Source: Candidatus Enterousia sp.
Lineage (GTDB): Bacteria; Pseudomonadota; Alphaproteobacteria; Rs-D84
Direction: 5' to 3'
DNA: 38,686 bases
NCBI GenBank assembly: GCA_045631065.1
Contig: JAZQUA010000037.1
Span: 1-38,686 of the forward strand
A model generated the notes under the pieces. It was not told the DNA's origin and ran no database searches. It saw only the letters and a list, made by a program, of their open reading frames with translations. Shown here piece by piece: positions 7,932-16,392 of the stretch (position 1 is the stretch's first letter; each line of letters opens with the position of its first letter). The translations under genes were made by a program, and so were the position numbers.

Positions 7932-9680
7932 GTGAGTAGAATAGTGGAAAAATCCATGCTGGGTAAAGCATGGGTGTCGGCATATGATGATATTTGTGGG
8001 ACAAGTGATTTATTAAGTAAGGTTTTGGCCAGCCGTGGCGTTGTGTCTGATGCCGATGTTGAAAAATTCTTGTCGCCCAGTATCAAAGAATATATGCCAG
8101 ACCCATCTGTGCTGAAAGATATGGATGTTGCTGCGTCGCTGATTGCAGATGCGGTACAGAATCATAAAAAAATTGCAATTTATGGTGACTATGACGTTGA
8201 TGGAATTACATCAACTGCTGTGTTTGTAAAATATCTGCGTGCATTGGGTATTGATGTTGTATGGCATCTGCCAACACGTGAAGGTGAGGGGTACGGTTTA
8301 AATAATGACGCAATTGCAGAAATTGTAAAAGATAATGTTGATTTAATGATTACTGTTGATTGTGGTATCAGCGGTGTTCAAGAAGTTAACTTTGCCAAAG
8401 ATGCAGGGTTGATGGTTGTCGTAACAGATCACCATTCGCCAGATGCGGTTATCCCTGATGCAGACGCTGTGGTGAACCCAAAAAGAATTGATGACGAATC
8501 GGGATTGTCTTATTTGGCAGGGGTTGGTGTTGCCTTTTTAACATTGGTTGCTGTTAATCGCGAACTGAAATCACGTAATTTAGATGCTGAACTTGCAGAA
8601 AAAGTTGCTGGTGAAAATTTATTAAATTATTTGGACTTTGTGGCACTGGGGACAATTTGTGATACGATGCCACTGATTGGGTTAAACCGCGCATTTGTTG
8701 CAACTGGATTAAAAGTTTTGGGATTGCGACAGAATTTGGGCTTGCGTGTTTTAATGGATTTGTCGGGTATAAAAAAACCATCTGTATATGCCGCAGGATT
8801 TGCATTGGGACCACGATTAAATGCTGCAGGACGTTTGGATTCTGCATCGCCTGCGTTGGAATTACTGTTGACAGATAATCCGTTAATTGCAAACGATTTA
8901 GCGAATAAATTGCATCAAATGAATCAAGAACGAATCGATATTCAAAATGCAATTATGTTGGCTGCAACAGAAATGGCAGAGAAGTGTTGCCAATCTGGTA
9001 AGTGCAGTTTATTTATTTGTGGTGATAATTGGCATGGTGGTGTAATGGGAATTATCGCAGGCAGATTAAAAGATAAATTCAATTTACCTTCATGTGTTGC
9101 GACTAAATCAGATGGACAAATTAATGGTTCTGGACGTTCTGTGGCAGGAATCGATTTAGGTAAGATAATTCACGATGCGTTGGCAGCAGGTATTGTCAGT
9201 GAAGGTGGCGGACATGCGGCAGCAGCGGGATTTTCATTACCAACAGAAAAAGAAGCAGAATTTTGTGAATTCTTGGAACGTGCAGTATGTGAACAATTAA
9301 ATGGTCAGGTTTTACAACCAGAAATTATTGTTGATGCACAGTTAGATGCGGGTGGTGCAACAATGAAACTGGTAAAGCAATTAAATGCGCTGGAACCATT
9401 TGGTCAAGGAAATCCAGAACCAACGTTGGTTTTACATGGTGCCGTGTTGCGCCATGCGGTGGTAATGGGAAATGGTTCGCATTTGCGCGGTTCAGTTATG
9501 ACAAGTAATGGTTCGCAGTTGGCGTTTGTTGGATTTAATTTGGTGGGGACACCTGTTGGTGATTTTTTACTAGACGATGCGAATACAAATACTAAAATGA
9601 TGTTGTTGGGTAAGTTGAAAGAAAACGAATATAATGGTCGTGTCAGTGTTCAATTTATTCTGGAAGATATGGCAATATAA
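7932..9680 (+). CDS. recJ: Single-stranded-DNA-specific exonuclease RecJ
   Basis: GTG start. DHH motifs DYDVDGITS, VTDHHSP and GGGHAAAAGF. Length is 582 aa. Confidence 0.95.
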   Translation: MSRIVEKSMLGKAWVSAYDDICGTSDLLSKVLASRGVVSDADVEKFLSPSIKEYMPDPSVLKDMDVAASLIADAVQNHKKIAIYGDYDVDGITSTAVFVKYLRALGIDVVWHLPTREGEGYGLNNDAIAEIVKDNVDLMITVDCGISGVQEVNFAKDAGLMVVVTDHHSPDAVIPDADAVVNPKRIDDESGLSYLAGVGVAFLTLVAVNRELKSRNLDAELAEKVAGENLLNYLDFVALGTICDTMPLIGLNRAFVATGLKVLGLRQNLGLRVLMDLSGIKKPSVYAAGFALGPRLNAAGRLDSASPALELLLTDNPLIANDLANKLHQMNQERIDIQNAIMLAATEMAEKCCQSGKCSLFICGDNWHGGVMGIIAGRLKDKFNLPSCVATKSDGQINGSGRSVAGIDLGKIIHDALAAGIVSEGGGHAAAAGFSLPTEKEAEFCEFLERAVCEQLNGQVLQPEIIVDAQLDAGGATMKLVKQLNALEPFGQGNPEPTLVLHGAVLRHAVVMGNGSHLRGSVMTSNGSQLAFVGFNLVGTPVGDFLLDDANTNTKMMLLGKLKENEYNGRVSVQFILEDMAI

Positions 9681-9689
9681 AAGATAGAT

Positions 9690-10643
9690 ATGGAAAATAA
9701 AATAAAAGAATTTTTAGAACGTGTTCGTTCTGCCAAAACAATTGTAATCATGGGACATAAAAACCCGGATGGTGATTCTATATGCAGTGTGTTGGCGTTG
9801 GCACAATTGATTGAACTGAATTTTGGGGTTCAACCATTATGTGTTTATGATGGTAATATTTCTGATAGCTTGGATTATATTCCACATCGTGGTCGGATTA
9901 AATATTTTGAACGTGTCGATATGTCAGTGCCTGTTGATTTAGCAATTGTTATGGACTATGGAAATCCTGCGCATATTGGCGGGCCACAGCCATTTGTTGA
10001 TAATGCAAAATTTGTTGTTGAAATCGATCATCACAAAAATGAGAATACAATAGCTCAGTTGTGTTTGAATGATGATACGGCTGCTGCAACCGCTGTGATA
10101 GTGTATAATATCATTCGTGTTGGCAATTTGATAACAGATTCGTGTGTGTCTGATTTATTGGCGTTGGCGATATTGACAGATACTGGGAATTTTAAATTTT
10201 CCCGAAACGGTGATGCGCTGCGAATAATGGCTGATTTGGTAGATGATGGTGTAAATATTCGTAGTTTGATTGAATTGATGAATAATAAACAACGCAAGGC
10301 CGTACAGTTGGAGGCACGTACTACTGCAGATGCAGAATTCTTTTATCATGGACGATTGGCTTTGGCAACTGTTGCAAAAAAGGATTACAAGTATCTTGAT
10401 GGTCGCGGTGAATTGATATTAAGTTTGTTGGGACAAATCAAGGGTGTTGAATATGTTGTTTTGTTAAAAGAACAAAAGCCAGATCAAATCGGTATTTCTA
10501 TACGCAGTCGCAGAAATCCAATCGATAAAATTGCGGTTGCGCTGGGTGGTGATGGACATGAAAAGGCGGCAGGCGCAATTGTTCGTGATACAACGATGGA
10601 TCAGGTCAAAGCGCGTGTCTTGGAATTATTTAGGGGGGAATAG
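9690..10643 (+). CDS. DHH/DHHA1 phosphoesterase, NrnA-like (oligoribonuclease / pAp phosphatase family)
   Basis: GHKNPDGDSICS, IDHHKN, and C-terminal GGDGHEKAAGA. Confidence 0.8.
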   Translation: MENKIKEFLERVRSAKTIVIMGHKNPDGDSICSVLALAQLIELNFGVQPLCVYDGNISDSLDYIPHRGRIKYFERVDMSVPVDLAIVMDYGNPAHIGGPQPFVDNAKFVVEIDHHKNENTIAQLCLNDDTAAATAVIVYNIIRVGNLITDSCVSDLLALAILTDTGNFKFSRNGDALRIMADLVDDGVNIRSLIELMNNKQRKAVQLEARTTADAEFFYHGRLALATVAKKDYKYLDGRGELILSLLGQIKGVEYVVLLKEQKPDQIGISIRSRRNPIDKIAVALGGDGHEKAAGAIVRDTTMDQVKARVLELFRGE

Positions 10644-10646
10644 GTT

Positions 10647-11264
10647 ATGTTAAAAAGATTCATATTTTTCATATGTGGTATATTTATTTCAATGGCTTCG
10701 TATGCGGCTGTTGATACAGCATTGGTTACAAAAGCGGAAAAATATTTAAATTCGATAACAGGGCTTGCTGGCGATTTTATTCAGACATCTAATGGTCGTC
10801 AAGAAAAGGGTGTGTTTTCTATGTTGCGTCCAGGAAGGGTCAGATTAGATTATGATAATATGCCGGTTCAGTTGATTTCTGATGGTCAAGATTTGTATTT
10901 CTTTGACAAGTCTTTGGATCAAATTACAACAGTACCTTTGACCAGTACGCCTGCGGGAATATTGGTCAGAAAAAATATAGATTTAAAAAATGCAGATATC
11001 AGTGTTGTTGAAACAAGTGACAATAAAAATACTTTTTCATTAAAACTGAATTTGCGTGGCCAAGAAGGTTTGGGACATATGACGGTTGTTTTTGATAAAA
11101 GCCCGGTTAAGTTAAATTCTTGGTCTGTGGTTGATGCAACTGGGGCCAAGACAGATGTTGCTTTTCATGGTTTGTCGGAAAAAACAAAATTTGCCAAAGA
11201 TTTCTTTCAAATATCACGACATAAAACAATTAACACCAGTGGTGGTGACGATTTCTATGATTAA
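10647..11264 (+). CDS. lolA: LolA-like outer-membrane lipoprotein carrier protein
   Basis: Signal peptide (ASYA-AV). GLAGDFIQTS...GVFSMLRPGRVRLDY...LISDGQDLYFFD matches the LolA pattern. Confidence 0.7.
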   Translation: MLKRFIFFICGIFISMASYAAVDTALVTKAEKYLNSITGLAGDFIQTSNGRQEKGVFSMLRPGRVRLDYDNMPVQLISDGQDLYFFDKSLDQITTVPLTSTPAGILVRKNIDLKNADISVVETSDNKNTFSLKLNLRGQEGLGHMTVVFDKSPVKLNSWSVVDATGAKTDVAFHGLSEKTKFAKDFFQISRHKTINTSGGDDFYD

Positions 11265-11266
11265 AA

Positions 11267-11566
11267 ATGTTTGGTATAAGTTGGTCTGAATTTTTTGTGA
11301 TTATATTGGTTGCAGTGTTGGTTATACCATCGCGTATGTGGCCTGATGTTGCACGTTTCCTGGCGCGGATTGTCAAGGCTGTACGTCAGATAATATGGCG
11401 TATAACAGATGTGTCTGAAAATATAAAACAGCAAATTGATTTAGAAAAACCGATTGATGATTTGGTGCGCTCTACGACAGATGATATGCTGAATGAATTT
11501 TCGTCTGTATTATCGGTTAAGAAAAAAAATAAAAAAACAACCGCTAAGAAAAAGGCATCAAAATGA
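11267..11566 (+). CDS. tatB: Twin-arginine translocase subunit TatB
   Basis: MFGISWSEFFVIILVAVLVIPSRMWPDVARFLARIVK, followed by a basic tail. The stop overlaps the tatC start (ATGA). Confidence 0.8.
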   Translation: MFGISWSEFFVIILVAVLVIPSRMWPDVARFLARIVKAVRQIIWRITDVSENIKQQIDLEKPIDDLVRSTTDDMLNEFSSVLSVKKKNKKTTAKKKASK

Positions 11567-12270
11567 AAAAAATGACAATGATGCAACATTTTTCAGAATT
11601 GCGCAGACGTATATTATGGTGTGCTTGTGTTTTTGCAATCGCTTTTATTGGTGGTTGGTATTTGTCGCCATTTATTCAAAATGTATTAACACAACCGTTA
11701 TTGTCTGTTTGGTCAGATGGGTTGTTTCTATATACAGGATTGTCAGATGGTTTAATGGTGCGTTTGTCGCTATCAGGCTTGTTTGCATTGTTCGTAATTA
11801 TTCCTGTGGTATTATGGCATGTGTGGGCTTTTGTTAAACCGGGATTAAAGAAATCTGAACAAAAATTTATTTTTCCTGTTTTAATTATGTCGCCAATATT
11901 ATTTGTGGCGGGTGCTGCGTTTGCTTTTTATTTTCTGTTGCCAATCGTATTTCGTTTTTTTGTAGATTTAAATCAGACAGCAGATGTTCCGAATGTATTG
12001 TTGCCAGCTGTGCGTGATTATTTGCGATTCGCAATCGGGTTATTAAAAGTATTTGGTATTGCGTTTCAATTGCCGTTAGTATTAGTTTTATTAAACAGAA
12101 TAGGGGTGTTGAAAAAATCATTGGTTGTAAAATTCAGAAGATATGCCATTGTGTTAATTGTTTTGTTTGCGGCCATATTAACGCCACCAGATGTTGTGTC
12201 ACAACTGTTGTTGGCAATACCAATGTGGTTATTGTTTGAATTTAGTATTTTATTTATGCGCCAAGACTAA
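11563..12270 (+). CDS. tatC: Twin-arginine translocase subunit TatC
   Basis: HFSELRRRIL N-terminus and a six-TM profile. Length is 235 aa. Confidence 0.9.
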   Translation: MKKMTMMQHFSELRRRILWCACVFAIAFIGGWYLSPFIQNVLTQPLLSVWSDGLFLYTGLSDGLMVRLSLSGLFALFVIIPVVLWHVWAFVKPGLKKSEQKFIFPVLIMSPILFVAGAAFAFYFLLPIVFRFFVDLNQTADVPNVLLPAVRDYLRFAIGLLKVFGIAFQLPLVLVLLNRIGVLKKSLVVKFRRYAIVLIVLFAAILTPPDVVSQLLLAIPMWLLFEFSILFMRQD

Positions 12271-12275
12271 ATTTA

Positions 12276-12284
12276 TGATATAAT
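12276..12284 (+). promoter_or_regulatory. Extended -10 element (TGATATAAT) only 7 nt upstream of the next ATG
   Basis: TG at 12276-12277 and TATAAT at 12279-12284. The ATG is at 12292 and no Shine-Dalgarno sequence lies between them. Confidence 0.3.
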
Positions 12285-12291
12285 ATAGTCT

Positions 12292-13611
12292 ATGAAAAAA
12301 ATCATTTTGATTTTGTCAGGTGTTTTGTTAACGCAAAATGCGTGTGATTTGCAACCCAGGGTAATGTCTTTCCCGGATACGGTTGGTGAATTTATTTCAG
12401 CGCGATATCCTGCATTGTTGGCAGATCCATACGCAAATCCAGAAATATATAATTCTGCTGCAACAGATTATGGGGTATATGCATCACCGAAACTGTATGG
12501 CACAGAAACAAATGATGATTATGTTGAATATGCCAGTGTTAATGATTATGTTGTGCCGCCACAATCAGCAGAAAATGTTGCTGCATTATATGGTCAGGAA
12601 ATTGTTGCAGATGAAACGCCTGATGATTATATCAGTGTTCCAAAATATGCATCTGAAGAAAAACAAAAATCTGTTGATAATATTGTGGTTGTGCAAGCTG
12701 GTGATACTTTATATGGATTGGCAAAAAAACATAATATGTCGGTTCAAGATTTAGCAAATGCGAATAATTTGTCGGAACCGTATCAATTGTCAGTTGGACA
12801 AAAGTTGTTGTTGTCAGAAAAAAATGAAAAGTCGGATGATACAACCGATGTTTTGGAAATATCACGACCTGTCAGTGGTGTAAAAACAACAACACGTGTT
12901 GAATTGCAAGAAATTATTGTTGCGCGTGGTGATACACTGTATTCAATATCAAGAAAATATTCTGTGCCAGTTAATGATTTGGCTGTTATGAATAAATTGA
13001 CGCCGCCTTTTGAATTGTCTGTTGGACAAAAACTGCGTGTGCCTGATTTCGAATCTGTAAAAACACCAGTAAAATCAGAAAAAACAAATGTTGTTAGTAA
13101 CCAAAAAGAAACAAAAAATATTATAAAAACAGATGTTGCATCAACGCAACAATCTGTAAAGGCGTCAAAGGAACCTGTTAAAAAGATTTCGTCTGATCCA
13201 ACAAAAAAATTACCAACAATTAGCGCACGTTCTTCGTCAAAGTTTGCATGGCCGGTGCGTGGAAAAATATTATCTGCATATGGTGCAAAATCAAATGGTT
13301 TGTTTAATGATGGAATAAATATCGCTGCAAGTCGTGGCGCAGATGTCAAGGCGGCTGAAAATGGTGTTGTTGCATATGCTGGTAATGAGGTAAAGGGTAT
13401 GGGAAATCTTGTTATTATTCAGCATGCAGGTGGATGGATGACTGTATATGCGCATATGGATTCAATGAATGTACGTCGTGGACACAAGGTTTCTGTCGGA
13501 CAAAAAATAGGAACTGTGGGTGAAACGGGTAAGGTAGATAGTCCACAATTACATTTTGAAATTCGTAAGGGTACCAAGGCCTATAATCCATCTAGTTATT
13601 TGAAAAAATAA
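12292..13611 (+). CDS. NlpD-like murein hydrolase activator / M23 peptidase with two LysM domains
   Basis: Two LysM repeats (VVVQAGDTLYGLAKKHNMSVQDLANANNL and IIVARGDTLYSISRKYSVPVNDLAVMNKL). C-terminal M23/LytM domain (GINIAASRGADVKAAENGVVAYAG...VIIQHAGGWMTVYAH...PQLHFEIR). Confidence 0.85.
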   Translation: MKKIILILSGVLLTQNACDLQPRVMSFPDTVGEFISARYPALLADPYANPEIYNSAATDYGVYASPKLYGTETNDDYVEYASVNDYVVPPQSAENVAALYGQEIVADETPDDYISVPKYASEEKQKSVDNIVVVQAGDTLYGLAKKHNMSVQDLANANNLSEPYQLSVGQKLLLSEKNEKSDDTTDVLEISRPVSGVKTTTRVELQEIIVARGDTLYSISRKYSVPVNDLAVMNKLTPPFELSVGQKLRVPDFESVKTPVKSEKTNVVSNQKETKNIIKTDVASTQQSVKASKEPVKKISSDPTKKLPTISARSSSKFAWPVRGKILSAYGAKSNGLFNDGINIAASRGADVKAAENGVVAYAGNEVKGMGNLVIIQHAGGWMTVYAHMDSMNVRRGHKVSVGQKIGTVGETGKVDSPQLHFEIRKGTKAYNPSSYLKK

Positions 13612-13693
13612 TTTTTGTTTTTGTGAATACTGTCATCTCTGATTTTAATGAAACTTATGTTACAGTTTTATTAAATAGCTAAGGAGATGATAT

Positions 13694-14920
13694 ATGAAAA
13701 AATTTGTTTTTATTTTATGTGCAATATTGGTTGTCTTGTTGGTTATATGGCTGGTGATGAAGTTTAATAAACTTATATCGCCAAATTGTAAATATAATGC
13801 ATCAACACTGGATGAACAAATAACGATTTATGATATTGATGATTTAGAAAAACGCGCATCTGCAATTATTCCAAAGGGTGGTTTTGATTATATATATGGT
13901 GGCGCAGATACAGAACAAACAATGCGCGATAATATTGCCTGTTTTGATAATGTTGATATTTATCCGCGTGTGTTAACAGGTGTTGATATGCCGGATATTT
14001 CAACCAGTATTTTGGGAATAGACATTTCTTTGCCTGTTATTGTGGCGCCGGCTGCTGCGCATGGTCTGGCGCATGTTTCGGCCGAAGCCGGTACTGCGCG
14101 TGGGGCCGCAGCCAGTGGTACGATTATGAGTGTAAGTAACTATGCCAGTAGTACATTAGAAGAAATTGCAGCTGCGGGTAATGGGGCGCCACAATGGTTT
14201 CAATTATATCTTAGCAAGGATGATAAGTTTAATCGTCAGATTATAAAGCAAGCCGAAGATTTAGGGTATCGTGCAATAATTTTGACAGTTGATGCGCCTG
14301 TCGGAGGAAATAGAATCAGAGATGCACAAAATAATTTTAAATTTCCATTGGCATTGCCGAATGTTGCACAGAAAAGTGGTCCCACAAAAGGGCAGGGAAT
14401 TGGAACAATATTTGCAGCAGCACAAAATAGACTTACACCATATGATGTTATACGTGTTAAAAGGATGACAAAATTGCCTGTGATTGTTAAAGGTGTTCAA
14501 CACCCAGATGATGCAGAAATTGCAATTGCATCCGGTGCAGATGCGATATGGGTGTCTAATCATGGGGGGCGCCAGTTGGATGGAACTTTTTGTGCTTTTG
14601 AAGTTTTAGCAGATATTGCAAAGCGTGTGAATAAACGTGTGCCAATTATATTTGATAGCGGTATTCGTCGTGGTACCCATATATTCAAGGCAATTGCGTC
14701 TGGGGCAGACATTGTTGCAATTGGACGGCCTGTGATTTATGGGTTGGCGTTGGGTGGTTGGCGTGGTGTTGTATCTGTCTTTGATTATTTAAAAACTGAT
14801 TTGCGTCGTGTTATGACATTGGCAGGTGCGCAGACAATTGATGATATAAAACATATGAAATTGCGTTTGTCGCAACGTAATTGTGATAAAGACTTGCATT
14901 TACCAGAAAAAAGTCTATAA
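13694..14920 (+). CDS. FMN-dependent alpha-hydroxy-acid oxidase/dehydrogenase (L-lactate oxidase / LldD / glycolate oxidase family) with an N-terminal TM helix
   Basis: Family motifs include SNHGGRQLD, DSGIRRG and PQWFQLY. An extra N-terminal hydrophobic segment FVFILCAILVVLLVIWLV is present. Confidence 0.85.
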   Translation: MKKFVFILCAILVVLLVIWLVMKFNKLISPNCKYNASTLDEQITIYDIDDLEKRASAIIPKGGFDYIYGGADTEQTMRDNIACFDNVDIYPRVLTGVDMPDISTSILGIDISLPVIVAPAAAHGLAHVSAEAGTARGAAASGTIMSVSNYASSTLEEIAAAGNGAPQWFQLYLSKDDKFNRQIIKQAEDLGYRAIILTVDAPVGGNRIRDAQNNFKFPLALPNVAQKSGPTKGQGIGTIFAAAQNRLTPYDVIRVKRMTKLPVIVKGVQHPDDAEIAIASGADAIWVSNHGGRQLDGTFCAFEVLADIAKRVNKRVPIIFDSGIRRGTHIFKAIASGADIVAIGRPVIYGLALGGWRGVVSVFDYLKTDLRRVMTLAGAQTIDDIKHMKLRLSQRNCDKDLHLPEKSL

Positions 14921-14951
14921 TTACCCCCGTTCTGATAAGAAATTCAGTTCT

Positions 14952-15027
14952 GGATGCGTAGCTCAGTTGGTAGAGCAACTGACTCTTAATCAGTGGGTCC
15001 AGGGTTCGAGTCCCTGCGCGTCCACCA
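14952..15027 (+). tRNA. tRNA-Lys (anticodon CTT), CCA encoded
   Basis: The cloverleaf folds by hand: acceptor GGATGCG/CGCGTCC, D stem GCTC/GAGC, anticodon stem ACTGA/TCAGT with loop CTCTTAA, T stem CAGGG/CCCTG with TTCGAGT. Length is 76 nt. Confidence 0.95.
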
Positions 15028-15035
15028 AAATAATA

Positions 15036-15057
15036 AACCGCCGTGTGCGGTTTTTTT
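15036..15057 (+). terminator. Rho-independent terminator after tRNA-Lys
   Basis: ACCGC-CGTGT-GCGGT followed by T7. Confidence 0.75.
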
Positions 15058-15166
15058 ATATGTTTTTTTGCAGGGATTCATACCTATATAAATATTTAAA
15101 TAAGATTGATAGAATTGTATTGTCGACATGAAACTTTGAATCTATAAACAAATAAAAGGAGAAGAA

Positions 15167-15778
15167 ATGAAAAAATTAGCAATTTCAACATTGGCTGTGT
15201 TGATCGCATGTCCTGCATTCGCAATCAATCACCCAGATCAGGGCAGTTCTTGGCAAATGTGGGGTATGGATCCATATGTTGGATTAAGAGGTGGTTTAAG
15301 CTATACAAACTTAAACTATAAATATGATGGCAATAAAGAATCTATTACAGATTGGATTTTTCAAGGTCGTGCAGCACTTGGTTTAGAAGTATGCGATACA
15401 GTTCGTTCAGAAATGGAATGGACATATTATGGCAAAACATCTGATAAAGCAAATTTTGGCCCAGCAGGTAATGTTGATGTAGATGCAAAATTGCAAACAT
15501 TGTTGTGGAATAACTATATGGAATTTGGTCCATATAAAATGGTTCGTCCATTTGCGGGTCTTGGTATAGGTATGGCATTTGCAGATGTTAAACGCGATGG
15601 CGCATTGGTGCCACATCACAGTGAAAGCAAAACACGTGTTGGTGCAATGGCAACAATGGGTGTAACATTTGATATGGAACGCTTTGCGGTCGATTTGGCG
15701 GCTCGTTATACATATGTAGATATCCAATCAGGGTTGCATAACTTTGGTGGTGATGTCGGTATCAGATTTATGTTCTAA
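15167..15778 (+). CDS. Small outer-membrane beta-barrel protein (OmpA-like / Omp25-type surface antigen family)
   Basis: AAGGAG Shine-Dalgarno sequence, signal peptide ending AFA, an alternating aromatic/Gly pattern, and a C-terminal GIRFMF ending in Phe. Confidence 0.7.
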   Translation: MKKLAISTLAVLIACPAFAINHPDQGSSWQMWGMDPYVGLRGGLSYTNLNYKYDGNKESITDWIFQGRAALGLEVCDTVRSEMEWTYYGKTSDKANFGPAGNVDVDAKLQTLLWNNYMEFGPYKMVRPFAGLGIGMAFADVKRDGALVPHHSESKTRVGAMATMGVTFDMERFAVDLAARYTYVDIQSGLHNFGGDVGIRFMF

Positions 15779-15784
15779 GAATAA

Positions 15785-15809
15785 AAGCACCCCAATTGGG
15801 GTGTTTTTG
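15785..15809 (+). terminator. Rho-independent terminator after the OMP gene
   Basis: CACCCC-AATT-GGGGTG followed by T5. Confidence 0.75.
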
Positions 15810-15816
15810 TTTAAAA

Positions 15817-15845
15817 ATAAAATCCCACATTTTGTGGGATTTATT
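15817..15845 (-). terminator. Rho-independent terminator after the Dps-like gene
   Basis: ATCCCAC-ATTTT-GTGGGAT with an A-run on the plus strand, which is a T-run on the minus strand. Confidence 0.7.
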
Positions 15846-15846
15846 A

Positions 15847-16203
15847 TTAAGATAATTTTGCCAAGGCTAATTTATTTAAAAATCCTTCTTCAATTCCACT
15901 AAGCAAAGAATTCATACCTTCGTTTGTGTCATCATCATTTTGTAATTTTTCTAGTAATGAAATAATATTTTCGCATGATTTTACTAAGTCACGATTTACA
16001 AACTTAGGGGTTAATAAGTCTGCTTTGAATACAGATTTGTTATCAGATGCCATAAAGTATGTTTCTGATATTTCATCAACCCATGTATCAATGTCTTCGG
16101 ATAATCTGTCAAACAATAAGTGTTGTGAATAGTTGTCCGTTGACCAGTGATTAATCTTGCATGCGTATTTAAATGCAATTAAATGTTGAAGTAATTCATA
16201 CAT
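15847..16203 (-). CDS. Short ferritin-fold / Dps-like protein (118 aa)
   Basis: AAGGAG Shine-Dalgarno sequence. LLQHLIAFKYACKINHWSTDNYSQHLLFDRLSEDIDTWVDEISE follows the Dps helix A/B pattern (HW...H..FD...VDEI.E). The protein is about 40 aa shorter than canonical Dps. Confidence 0.45.
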   Translation of the reverse strand: MYELLQHLIAFKYACKINHWSTDNYSQHLLFDRLSEDIDTWVDEISETYFMASDNKSVFKADLLTPKFVNRDLVKSCENIISLLEKLQNDDDTNEGMNSLLSGIEEGFLNKLALAKLS

Positions 16204-16392
16204 GTTTTTTCTCCTTTGTTTGGTTAGGTATATACAATTTATCAGATTGTGTTTTTTCGTTGCATAGGTGTTTATTCAAAATGTGCTGTACGTTGTGAAT
16301 CTTGGGGTTCTTAGGGAATCAAACCTACGGAAAATAATATAAAACATAGTAAAATTATTATCGTACCAACAAAAAAACAAAGGAGAAATTAA

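Noticed and set aside
12783-13349. Long antisense ORFs inside well-supported genes. Examples are 12783-13349 (188 aa), 5379-5825, 20651-21247 (198 aa), 34133-34579 and 37653-38105.
   Set aside because: Each lies fully inside a gene with strong family motifs on the other strand, has no Shine-Dalgarno sequence, and shows no motif of its own. These are shadow ORFs.
14883-15131. 82-aa ORF overlapping tRNA-Lys.
   Set aside because: It translates straight through a well-folding tRNA and its terminator, so it is spurious.
16343-16361. Fur-box-like sequence (CATAGTAAAATTATTATC) between the Dps-like and SodC-like genes.
   Set aside because: It matches only about 14 of 19 positions of the GATAATGATAATCATTATC consensus by hand, in very AT-rich DNA. 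That is not distinguishable from chance without a genome-wide model.
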